Shown in pieces: positions 1 through 12,709 of a stretch of DNA of 64,000 nucleotides. This DNA is from Syncephalis fuscata S228. Lineage: Eukaryota > Fungi > Zoopagomycota. The stretch is taken from NCBI GenBank assembly GCA_025786725.1, contig JAHLTZ010000024.1, positions 1-64,000 on the forward strand, written 5' to 3'. The notes below the pieces were generated by a model. The model searched no databases, was not told the DNA's origin, and saw only the letters and a program-made list of their open reading frames with translations. The translations under genes were made by a program, and so were the position numbers. The first letter of the stretch is position 1. Each line of letters starts with the position of its first letter.

Positions 1-627
1 TAAAGATCGTTTCAGCAATACGTGGGACTACACCACGCAGCTCTTCATTGTCGATATCGGCACCCTAGTCAAATATAAGTACTGTTGAATGGTAGATAGC
101 TATTATGCTACTTACCATCATGGTAAATGTTTTACCCGAACCGGTTTGGCCATAAGCAAACACGGTACCGTTATAGCCAGCAAGCACATCTTAACAAGGC
201 AAACAATAGCAATAGAATGACTAGTAAGTCCATGTACGAATAATACGCTATTGTTCATACTAGCAACTTACCTTCAACTGTTTCTCGAAGAGAGTATTCA
301 AAAATCTCTCCCTGACGAGTCTCCATGCCAAAGATACGATCAAAGTGAAATCGACCTTGATATCTTTACCATTCTATTGATGCATATCCATTGTCATTAT
401 GGCAAATGCAGTAATACACAAAGGAGAATAAATAACCAGTATTATTAATATACAGATTACTATCTATGCACGGCTGCATGCATATAAACACCTACATCAA
501 TGCGAATAGACACTTCATTGTCATCCGGCTCCACGATTATCGTACCATTTTCGGCTATTTCACGCTTGTTCTGTGGTCGAATACGACACACGACCTTGAT
601 GTTATTTCCTCCGCCGCCTTCGCCCAT
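1..627 (-). CDS. Kinesin-1 (conventional kinesin heavy chain), 5' exons; gene continues beyond the window start
   Basis: Minus-strand exons read [22 protein letters not shown]..., [25 protein letters not shown] (P-loop) and [21 protein letters not shown]; ATG at 627; GT-AG introns. Confidence 0.92.
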
Positions 628-1918
628 TTTATTAACAGCTGAAACAAATATACAAACAATTAATTGCGTCAGTATTTTTGCATATCAGGAAGATAACATT
701 AATATATACACTCAATAACCAGCTATTTTAATAACAGCATAAAATAACGTGCCAAACAACAAGACTATATGTTTGGTCAGTACACTTGGTCAATCCATTG
801 CATAGTGACCAAACATATAGCTTATAGCTTATAGCTTATAACATACAAATGAATACACTTACAGTCACTTAGTTAAGTGTTGAGGGATGGTAGTAGTTGT
901 TGTAGCAGTGTTACGTCAAAGATGCAAGAAGTAATAAGAATGCCAGCAACAATAAACAATGCCTTACAAGCAAGTAAACAAGAATAGGATAAAAGCAAGA
1001 TGAGTAAGAATACGGACACCGGAGATGATGATGATAACCACAAGCGAAGAAGAAAAGGTAAAGAGAGAAAGAGAGAGAGCGTAAGCAAGTGAGTAAGCAA
1101 GCAAGCTGAGCGCAAACGAGAAAACTGAGAAGGCGCCGTGAAAAGGGAGGCAATTCAGCTAATGATGATGATAGGTTGAAAAGGGGACAGATAGATTGAA
1201 GGGAAGCATTTTGGTTGGACGGCACTGATAGTGCGTAGTCATCATGGCCAATAAAGGATTATTTCTTTTGTTTATCTCGGCATGTTGCATCCATACATTG
1301 CAACACTATATTGGTTGCTTTTGGTCTATTTATTAGCGGGTTTTATTAGTTTATTAATTAATCGGAATTTAAATATGTGCTTGAATAAAAATAGGTAAAA
1401 TAGCTAATTAAAAAGCGTAGTAAACATGTGCATTTGATTTAAACGATTCTATTAAATAGTGCTGTTTGGCATCACAGACTGTAATATGTTAGTCAGTAAT
1501 ACATTAATAGCAATAGCTATGGTAGTAACTAAAGTGGAATAGGCAATGTTATACTACAGCTACTTTTATAAAGAGAACAAAGCGGTACAGTCGATAGTAT
1601 AGAGGATGGCACTAGCTTGATTCTATGTACTAGTATCTAGAATGCTACACGGACGCGGCATATGCATGTTGGTTGTGCATCTTCATCTATTCGTAAAATA
1701 TTCTCCTTTTCTTCATCGTTTTACGCGGTGCATTTGTGTGATGGCAATGCAAAGGCGGCCATAATCATCACATGATACTCGTTTCTGTATCCAATGAAAC
1801 CAGTTCTACATAGTACAAATAAAAATGGATAATATAGAACACAAATTCATTCAAAATATCATTATACTAATAACACGAAATACCAGTAATAAGAAGGCAA
1901 AGACGAAGAAGCGTAATA

Positions 1919-3550
1919 ATGTCATTTAAGCCGTCGCCGACAACGACAACGACACGTACACTGATCACGCGGTCCAATCTAGCTTGGACAAGGTCTCGAC
2001 ACGAACGTGTTATTCGTGATCACTATTTTAATCATGCTGTAAGTTTAAAAAACGTAGCCTACTGTGTCGAATAGCTCTATTTAACGGTGGCGGTCAACAG
2101 CTACAAGTATTTCTGCCTACACCGCGGCCACCACAGCCATTGCCTGACTGGTTCGCTGTAGGAGACGTGTCGATAGATGGTACCAAAAAGGATGACGCGT
2201 TCTATTATGACGCTAAACTACCTTTAACGCATTTTATCGAGCCAGATTTTATTACTCGGTATATTCGTAATGGTTCGTTAATATGGTTGATTATAACACA
2301 AGCTGATAGTTAGATGATAGGTGTTGCCAGTACGGTTGCTATTAGTGTGGGCACACATATTGACAGAGATGATGTAGTGGCACTTGATGCCTCTGGTAAA
2401 TAAATAGCTAGTAAATCATTACTTGCTAATATTGCGATAGGTCGTCTTATACTGAATGTTACAAAAGATACTTATGAGAAATTGGGACTCGATGGTCAGC
2501 CATCAAGGTTTTCCAAACAACAGCCACAACGATTTGGTAGGGACAGACTACTAAACGATATAATCAAAAAAGTAATAACTTAATTTAATATACCTCAGTG
2601 ATTACATTAGATTTGACACTAGCAGCAATGAAACCAGGAAAGAAGCTATACGATCGGATACGCTGGTGTTTTGAAAATACATTTAACGAACCAGTTCGTT
2701 TCTTTATTGTTCATGCATTGCAAGGTAATAGCGTAAGATAGTAGGCAGATACATGGTTATTTAGCTATGCCTATAGGAAAATACACAGAAATGGTCTTTC
2801 CAGCGTCAATCCGTGTTATTAAGCGCAATTTATCTCGTGATGCTGGCCTTTGTCGAGATCTAAAGATTCCAACAATGGCCTCGCTACACACTGGTCCAAC
2901 GCCACTTAAAACAACTGAGCCAGCTAAAGATGCGACAAAGCCTTTATTTACGCTATCTAGTCGTAAACGGCCTCGACCAAGTGATAAATGTGAAAACAAT
3001 ATTGCAACAACAATATCAGAAACACAGTTAACCGATTGGGAGAGTGAAGCGATAGAAGCACGAGAATGGCTAGGCATGGTAGCATGTAATGCTGATCGGT
3101 ATATATATATAATAAATGAATACTAGTAGACACACTAATATAATACTAATGGCTAGAATGCGTCTTGGTGAAGAGGTAGACCCATTTGTTGCTGTCTACC
3201 ATATACCTGAGCCTAATGAAATATCCGATGGCTATCAATGCCGATGGCGAGGACTTATTACAGCCGAGCATATTCATTGTACATTGATAGGTGTTTGGTA
3301 GGTGAATTTATAACATTATGTTAAAAAAGAGTATTTTTATCTTATAAACCATATTAGGAAAACATTGATTGATATGTCATTGCCATGGGCTGCCATACAC
3401 GTCTGGGGATTTGCCGATGCGCCTGTATCATGGAACACTAACGAACATGGCCATTTAATAAGCGGCGAAAATCACTATACATTTATAGTATGGAAAGATG
3501 GCACCTACGTTCTCTACCAGGATGTTGGCAGCCAAGATACTTATAATTGA
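1919..3550 (+). CDS. RPP40: Ribonuclease P/MRP 40 kDa subunit (Rpp40 family), multi-exon
   Basis: Spliced exons include RLILNVTKDTYEKLGLDG, EAREWLGMVAC, VDPFVAVY and the C-terminal PWAAIHVWGFADAPVSW...EHG...GENHYT; probable ATG at 1919, stop at 3550. Confidence 0.82.
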
Positions 3551-3626
3551 AATTTATATATTTTCAAAATAAACTATAGAATAGTGACAGTACGTAAACG
3601 TACATAGCACAGTGTATACAAATCGA

Positions 3627-4846
3627 TTAAGCTGGTAGTTGTGCGATCGATGGCGGTCGAATTACATGGACCTGCTCGTCCCAAGCACAGGTGGCAAGTT
3701 CACCCGGTCGATAAAGATTCCAGTCAACACCTAATACGAATTCCGTATGTGCATTATAGCTATCGATCTGTTGGGCGGTACCACCAGTTGCCGCCATATT
3801 CCAAATACGCAGTGTCATATCGTATGAAGCACTAGCCAATATATGCGCATGGTGTGGCGAATAGCGGACACGGCGCACTGCATATTCGTGGCCCATAGCA
3901 CAGCCCAGTTCACGGTCGGGACGGCGCGTATCCCACACGCGAATAGTTTTATCGACAGAGCCCGTAGCAATGGTATGCGGCTGATACTTGTTCCAATCCA
4001 GCGACAGGATTTCGCCTTGATGACCATAAATTGTCATGGCGGTAATCCAGGTTGCCGCACATCCCATAAACGCGTAACTCGATCACCACTAGCACTAGCA
4101 AATATATCTGCTTCATGCGGTGACCAAATCGCCTCGTAAACACAATGCTGATGTCCAGCAAATGTGGCAAGCGATTCGGGCCGTTCTGGTGTCCACTAAA
4201 TAAAACCAAAATAGAGCAATTGCCATTACCATTAGTGTTTTTGTTGGCCATGATATCATCGCTGTATATTTCATCCTTATTACTTACCCATTTACTGTTA
4301 AATCCCAAGAGGCTGATAAAAATGTATCTTTACGAATAAGATTCCAGTTTACTGAGTATACTTCCTTCGTATGTTCTCCCCAATTTTGAATTGGAAATTC
4401 CTAATTAAATGTTAATAATAAGCATCAATTTATTTTATGACCATCTAACACCCACCGATAGCGTTATGTCCCATAGCTTAATCGATCCATCTCCGCTACC
4501 AGTAACAAGCTGATGCTCATGCTGCTCACTCCACGCTACATCATATAGACCATCCTGCGTATCGTAACTAGAACAAGATATCTCGTGTTATTACAATGCT
4601 ACCGCTGTTTAGAAATGTTCTTACAGCTTTTCCGCATCGACACCTTGTGGTCCCACACCAGTACGCAAAAACCACAAACGACCATTGCCAACTAGACCAA
4701 AGTTAGCGGCAGATGCACACGCTAGACGATCCTCAAAGAATGGACTGAATTTAACCTGTCAAAGCATTATTAGTGCAATACCTTTAATAAACTCTGGTCT
4801 TCTATACCGAGTATCCATTGTATCCTTGTGTACGAAATGAAAACAT
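3627..4846 (-). CDS. PEX7: Peroxisomal targeting signal 2 receptor (WD40), multi-exon
   Basis: N-terminus [40 protein letters not shown]; WD repeats [36 protein letters not shown]. Confidence 0.93.
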
Positions 4847-5666
4847 AATTGTAATGGCTACAGGCTATAAGCAACAAGACTAGAATAACAATTGCCACAA
4901 CTACAATTGTTATTGATATAGAAAAGAAAAGCAGTTGCGTTACTAACTAATGCGTAAATGATAAAAAGAGAAGAAGAATAATCGCGATAATAGTAATAAC
5001 ATTAATAACACTAATAATAAATACGTCGTCTCGGAGTTGAACATCCGAGTATTTTCATTTTATAAAATAGTCTAATATTTGTATCGTCTTCTATGTACTC
5101 AGATGTATAAAAGAATTATGTTCAGTAGTTATATTGCTATTAATTTGATTTAAAAATCATAGTGTAGATAATTAAATAACATATCATCTTGACTTTATCT
5201 TGTAAACGACAGCCTTCAATGTTTACTAATACTCGCTTTAACGCTCAAAACGTAAAGTGTTGGTTGGTTAATATTAATTTGATTGTAAACTTATTGATCA
5301 TTAATCATTATGTTTTAACTATAATAAACTAACTTGCATGAAACTAAAAAGAAATAGAGCAAAGCATAGACTTATCACTTTATCGACATTAAATAAAGCT
5401 ATTATTTTATAATAAACAGCCGGTAATAGAGCTTGAATACTTTGCAGTGCTTTATCATTAAAGCAGCGTATCAGTTTATATAGCTGCTCATGCATTCACA
5501 ACTAACAAATATTTATTTTTATATGCTTGTAATAGCTACTTGTTTGTTAGCAGTTAGTGCTGATATCTGGTATGTCTTCTTCTTGTGGCCAATTACATGT
5601 GGCATTATTATTTAGCCACACTATTATATTAATATGATTATAATGTTAAAATGATACCAATACGGC

Positions 5667-6703
5667 CATAGCAAAATGCCATGATTTTATTTATAATAAC
5701 TTGAAATGCCGATAAAGCACTAGTTTACAAATCAAACGTAAATTGCTGTGTTAATGCTATGGCAGTATGTAGCTGTATTAAAAAATGATTCTAGTGCAAT
5801 TAGATTGTAGATTTTAATGTCAATTGAATTTAAGAACGGTGTTAAGCTTTGGTTATACACAGTGTTATGTAAAATGAAGCAAACTGTATGATATTTGCAC
5901 AAGCATACTTATGACATATATGTAGCTATTGATAAACTAAAGTGAGATTGTGCTAGGTATTGCTGCAATGGCTATGCTGATAGGCTAATAAATGTGCATA
6001 AATAGCGGTTTTATGCCATCCACAGCCTACATACTTAAAAGATAGCAAAACGATTGACGGATTCAAATTCTCCGTGCTTAGCTGCATCGTTTGGTATGAC
6101 TTATAGAACAACGATTTTTGCAACAAATGTTGGTCAAAAATGCAGTTTGCGTAAATGTTTGTTAACAAAAATCTAAATTATATGTATATCTATGTCATAG
6201 ACTGCCACTATAAATCGGTTTTATGCAGATTAACCTGGTATTATGCATGTTTTAGTACTGTATAATGCTTTGGATTTACTTTAGACCAAGTCTCGTTTTT
6301 AATATTAGAAATTTTAAAATCGTAAATTTGATTATGTTTATGTTGATGATATTTACGTAAACTGCTATTTATGCACATTTATTAGCCTATCAGCATAGCC
6401 ATTGCAGCAATACCTAGCACAATCTCACTTTAGTTTATCAATAGCTACATATATGTCATAAGTATGCTTGTGCAAATATCATACAGTTTGCTTCATTTTA
6501 CATAACACTGTGTATAACCAAAGCATTAACACCGCTCTTAAATTTAATCGACATTAAAATCTACAATCTAATTGCACTAGAATCATTTTTTAATACAGCT
6601 ACATACTGCCATAGCATTAACACAGCAATTTACGTTTGATTTGTAAACTGTGCTTTATCGGCATTTCAAGATATTATAAATAAAATCATGGCATTTTGCT
6701 ATG
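5667..6703. repeat. Nested inverted repeat within the A arm (~340-bp arms 5667-6006/6364-6703, ~357-bp spacer); also at 8517-9554 and 42575-43613
   Basis: CATAGCAAAATGCCATG...TGCATAAATAGC recurs as its reverse complement GCTATTTATGCA...CATGGCATTTTGCTATG. Confidence 0.93.
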
Positions 6704-7364
6704 ACCATAGTCATTGAAAGTAGAAATATTGCATTTTTGCGATGACATTGTATATTAAAGATAACGAATAATACACCTACAATATTCATGGCTATTGTGA
6801 GTTAATGGTGAAGTGCTAATACGAAATCGTGACTATAAATAAACAGATATCTACATGATGTTCATAGCTAATATCAAGCGAAACACGTGCAACTAAAATA
6901 ATTATAAGTAGATTTTATTATTATAAATCGCTTTAATTATCAAAGACAACAATCGCTACTAACTGTATGATATATCGCGACTCATTGGCATTACCAGTAT
7001 GTCATTAATGATTTCAATAGATGTATGATAGGCGGTGAGCATGCTACATGGCTACACGGCCTACTAATTGCGTTGGCAGTGTTCAATACACTCACCATAA
7101 ATACAAATAAGGCAGTCAATACACACCAATGCCGCGCAGTCCATAACGTATGTAGCCAGCAGTTTATCGGTGCATATCATTGTGCTATTGTACATGCTGT
7201 AACTATCTGTAATATAGCTATTAGTGTGCTTGTTAGCTAATAGTGTATTAACAATAATGTTTGTTAACCAATATAGTTAGCAAATTGGCAGCAGCCATTA
7301 ACGGCCAGTTGTGGCTATGTGGATCGATGCTGGCAATGTGTAATTAACTATTTATTAAATAGCC

Positions 7365-7856
7365 AACTAATTGGTACACTTTTGATTTGTGCGTTTTTGA
7401 GCATTTTTGGCAAATCCGGTAATGGTCCCCCGTTACAGCTTTTTCAATAAATCGGATATTTTTCACCAGTGTCTAACTCCACCAATAATGCAGCTGGCAA
7501 TGTGTAATAACATCCGCTATGACTGCATAGGCTTGGAGCATTGACACATAGACATTACGCAGATTTGAAGCATTTGGGAATGTTCTAGGAATAAATAGAA
7601 TTTAACAAAAATAATTTAAATTACATTCTATTTCTAGAACATTCCCAAATGCTTCAAACCTGCATAATGTCTATGTGTCAATGCTCCAAGCCTATGCAGT
7701 CATAGCGGATGTTATTACACATTGCCAGCTGCATTATTGGTGGAGTTAGACACTGGTGAAAAATACCGATTTATTGAAAAAGCTGTAACGGGGGACCATT
7801 ACCGGATTTGCCAAAAATGCTCAAAAACGCACAAATCAAAAGTGTACCAATTAGTT
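7365..7856. repeat. Palindromic core copy 1 (~220-bp arms, 45-nt loop 7589-7633)
   Basis: AACTAATTGGTACAC...CATTTGGGAATGTTCTAG, then the loop, then CTAGAACATTCCCAAATG...GTGTACCAATTAGTT. Confidence 0.95.
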
Positions 7857-10142
7857 GGCTATTTAATAAATAGTTAATTACACATTGCCAGCATCGATCC
7901 ACATAGCCATAACTGGCCGTTAATGGCTGCTGCCAATTTGCTAACTATATTGGTTAACAAACATTATTGTTAATACACTATTAGCTAACAAGCACGCTAA
8001 TAGCTATATTACAGATAGTTACAGCATGTACAATAGCACAATGATATGCACCGATAAACTGCTGGCTACATACGTTATGGACTGCGCGGCATTGGTGTGT
8101 ATTGACTGCCTTATTTGTATTTATGGTGAGTGTATTGAACACTGCCAACGCAATTAGTAGGCCGTGTAGCCATGTAGCATGCTCACCGCCTATCATACAT
8201 CTATTGAAATCATTAATGACATACTGGTAATGCCAATGAGTCGCGATATATCATACAGTTAGTAGCGATTGTTGTCTTTGATAATTAAAGCGATTTATAA
8301 TAATAAAATCTACTTATAATTATTTTAGTTGCACGTGTTTCGCTTGATATTAGCTATGAACATCATGTAGATATCTGTTTATTTATAGTCACGATTTCGT
8401 ATTAGCACTTCACCATTAACTCACAATAGCCATGAATATTGTAGGTGTATTATTCGTTATCTTTAATATACAATTCATCGCAAAAATGCAATATTTCTAC
8501 TTTCAATGACTATGGTCATAGCAAAATGCCATGATTTTATTTATAATATCTTGAAATGCCGATAAAGCACTAGTTTACAAATCAAACGTAAATTGCTGTG
8601 TTAATGCTATGGCAGTATGTAGCTGTATTAAAAAATGATTCTAGTGCAATTAGATTGTAGATTTTAATGTCGATTAAATTTAAGAGCGGTGTTAATGCTT
8701 TGGTTATACACAGTGTTATGTAAAATGAAGCAAACTGTATGATATTTGCACAAGCATACTTATGACATATATGTAGCTATTGATAAACTAAAGTGAGATT
8801 GTGCTAGGTATTGCTGCAATGGCTATGCTGATAGGCTAATAAATGTGCATAAATAGCAGTTTACGTAAATATCATCAACATAAACATAATCAAATTTACG
8901 ATTTTAAAATTTCTAATATTAAAAACGAGACTTGGTCTAAAGTAAATCCAAAGCATTATACAGTACTAAAACATGCATAATACCAGGTTAATCTGCATAA
9001 AACCGATTTATAGTGGCAGTCTATGACATAGATATACATATAATTTAGATTTTTGTTAACAAACATTTACGCAAACTGCATTTTTGACCAACATTTGTTG
9101 CAAAAATCGTTGTTCTATAAGTCATACCAAACGATGCAGCTAAGCACGGAGAATTTGAATCCGTCAATCGTTTTGCTATCTTTTAAGTATGTAGGCTGTG
9201 GATGGCATAAAACCGCTATTTATGCACATTTATTAGCCTATCAGCATAGCCATTGCAGCAATACCTAGCACAATCTCACTTTAGTTTATCAATAGCTACA
9301 TATATGTCATAAGTATGCTTGTGCAAATATCATACAGTTTGCTTCATTTTACATAACACTGTGTATAACCAAAGCTTAACACCGTTCTTAAATTCAATTG
9401 ACATTAAAATCTACAATCTAATTGCACTAGAATCATTTTTTAATACAGCTACATACTGCCATAGCATTAACACAGCAATTTACGTTTGATTTGTAAACTA
9501 GTGCTTTATCGGCATTTCAAGTTATTATAAATAAAATCATGGCATTTTGCTATGGCCGTATTGGTATCATTTTAACATTATAATCATATTAATATAATAG
9601 TGTGGCTAAATAATAATGCCACATGTAATTGGCCACAAGAAGAAGACATACCAGATATCAGCACTAACTGCTAACAAACAAGTAGCTATTACAAGCATAT
9701 AAAAATAAATATTTGTTAGTTGTGAATGCATGAGCAGCTATATAAACTGATACGCTGCTTTAATGATAAAGCACTGCAAAGTATTCAAGCTCTATTACCG
9801 GCTGTTTATTATAAAATAATAGCTTTATTTAATGTCAATAAAGTGATAAGTCTATGCTTTGCTCTATTTCTTTTTAGTTTCATGCAAGTTAGTTTATTAT
9901 AGTTAAAACATAATGATTAATGATCAATAAGTTTACAATCAAATTAATATTAACCAACCAACACTTTACGTTTTGAGCGTTAAACGAGTATTAGTAAACA
10001 TTAAAGGCTGTCGTTTACAAGATAAAGTCAAGATGATATGTTATTTAATTATCTACACTATGATTTTTAAATCAAATTAATAGCAATACATATATATATA
10101 GTTTAATAAATGCATTTATTATTCCTTATAAGCGCAACTAGT

Positions 10143-11513
10143 TTAGAATAATAGTTTGAATGGATAGCCTCTATTCTTGACTCGGAACAATCGAAGTAGC
10201 AATGAGTAGATAATGACTAGAAGAACCACCCAAACTAGATTAACGACACTTTGCAGCGTAGTATCTTTCATATTGGGAACTCGTGTTACTAATGATACGG
10301 TGGCAAAAGCACAGCCAGCATCTGATAAATGCGTGCATTAGTTGTCAATTATATTTTATTGTTATCAAGAATTACTTACATAACAGAGCGACAATTTGTG
10401 TTTCGGCTACATATTGTTGTTGGAATCCAGATGCAATATATTCTGGATTCTGAGCATTACCGCCATGATAAGGTGGCATACGAATTTGATTCCACATAAA
10501 GCCAGACATCAAAATCAACAAAAATACCTATATATATATATATATATATGTATATATGAATATACGGATATGGTCAGAGATATTCTATTATTCATTATAT
10601 TAAATATGTACCAGTGAAAAGGCACTCCAGATACGTGGATTGGATAGAGCCGCCCATACATAGCTAGAGGCTAAATGTAAAGCGATAAATGTAGCAATAA
10701 CAATACCGGCAGACATGGCATGTTTGCTCCAGTCAATGGGTCTATATAATGTCATCTAAAACAAATCAATAATAAGCAAACAAGTATATATTTAGGTATT
10801 TTATTATAGAAAACTACCTCTATGCCCATATTATACTTGATAAAGTCAGCAACATCTTCAGCAGTCAAGCCACTATAATTAAATGGTTAGATGTATTAAT
10901 AATGCTGTATTTGTTATATTTATTATATTGCTTACCGTCGACCAAAGTCATAAACGGCTGGGTCTGCCTTTGTGGCCTCGGGTCCAAGGGTGGGATAAAA
11001 GAGAAGCGCTGCTGGTGCTGCATTGATATTATACTATTGTCATTGTTTAATAAATATATGATATCAACGAATTATATTTATCAATCTATTACTCACCTTG
11101 CCAAATGTATGTCGACCATCAGCAAAATCTACATGAATGAAATAGAGCGGCTTTGGTGATCCCATCTTTTTCCAACTGGAAGCAACCAACTGATATTCTG
11201 GTTCAAACGACTAATAACAACAACAACAACATTGCATATTAACAAATAATAACCATATAAGTCTATCTACATACATGCATGGCTCGCAGGCAAAAGCGTT
11301 TGATCGCACAGAGAACACGACAAACGCCGCATAGTCGTGGCCTTCTTCAATAAACTTTGGAAATGTCTTATCGTTTAGCATAATAACATTGTCTGGTTTG
11401 CTATCGGCCAACGCCTGCATTTCCTCGGTTAATGAGGCAAGTACATGGCCTTGCCAGCAGGTCACCAGTAGCAGTAGCAACGAAGTGTATAGATGTTGTC
11501 GAGAGAACCACAT
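10143..11513 (-). CDS. Oligosaccharyltransferase gamma subunit (OST3/OST6, MAGT1/TUSC3 family)
   Basis: Signal peptide, thioredoxin-like CEPC, hydrophobic C-terminal half, terminus LFRVKNRGYPFKLLF*. Confidence 0.85.
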
Positions 11514-12709
11514 CGTTGTAGTATACGAGCACTATTGTATACCGTGGTGATATTCGTGGTATAATCTGTGAATGATGCCCCCTAATAACGGCCGCTATCA
11601 ACGGTAGGATACGTAGTAGCAGCAGTAATAGTAATAATAATAGGTAGTGGTGGTAGTGCTGGTGCAATAAGGGAACCAACAAAAGAGATAGAAAGAAAGA
11701 GCGCGCGAGAACAAGAGCAAGTTGAGGGGAGAGGTGGCTGTGGTGGCAGCTATTACTACGCTTCTACTGCTTTGAGATGACGCGAATCAGTGTGATTTCG
11801 CTAATGGTTGGCCAACAGTATCGGCGTTTATTATCCAATCGAAATAGCCACGACAAGTTCGGTGTATTAAAGAGCCAGTGGTTACCAATAAGCGGCACCT
11901 TTTCTTCTAATGGCAACGAAATGATAATTGATTAGTAAATGGATACTCCTAGGATATTTACGCTATTACTAACCAAGACCAAGGTTTCCAATGTGTCTTA
12001 TAGACGCTGTTTTAACAACTGTGTGGTATATAATCAAACTTTAAATGATTTATAAAAATTTACACCTTTGGTTTCAACAACACACGTTCATATTATTACC
12101 ATCACTGTTACAACCATTGCTATTATTACTATTATAACTGTCTTCTTTCTCCTACGCCTGTCTTGTTTTGTAATTCCTTGTGTGTGTGTGTGTGGTTGCT
12201 CACGACGGCGATATATACACGAGCACTACAAGTTTTATTCGTTAAAAAGTTTCATCTTTGTAGCATTTGAAGTAGCCGTGTTTCTATTGGTTTTTTACGG
12301 TTACGACTATCTTTGTTGTTACTATCCTTGTTATCGCTATTGGATGAGTGCATATATCCACTCTACTATTCTATTTCCAAGTCACTATATCTGGTAGGTG
12401 TGCGCGCCATGTTATCTGTGAAACAGCGGATAGATGAGGCACGATTGCGCCTCTTCTATTACATTGTGCATTTTCACAAGAATGAATTAACTATAGCTAT
12501 GCAACTAGATCTCAACGTATTAACCAACCAGCGGAATTGAAGCTACATTGACACTATTATATTGCTATTGTTGCAATTACAGGCTAGTGCCAACCCTCTT
12601 TGTACTATTCTATTGCAAACAGTGATCTTGATTGTCTACACAACAACAACCGACGCTTTATCAACTATAACTATACGCCGCCGGCTTCTGCACGGCATAA
12701 ATTTGCGAT

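Larger units (their letters stand above)
5132..10088. repeat. ~4.96-kb near-perfect palindrome (A-core-A'), non-coding
   Basis: TATTGCTATTAATTTGATTT at 5132 is the reverse complement of AAATCAAATTAATAGCAATA ending at 10088. Mirror ORFs at 5953-6168(-)/9053-9268(+) and 7025-7240(+)/7981-8196(-). Centre ~7610. Confidence 0.97.

Noticed and set aside
5953-9268. Short ORFs repeated in the A arms (71-aa MLTNIY... and MIGGEH...) and the other 60-80-aa ORFs in the B arms
   Set aside because: They recur only because the DNA is repeated. They have no recognisable motifs, several use non-ATG starts, and their stops differ between copies
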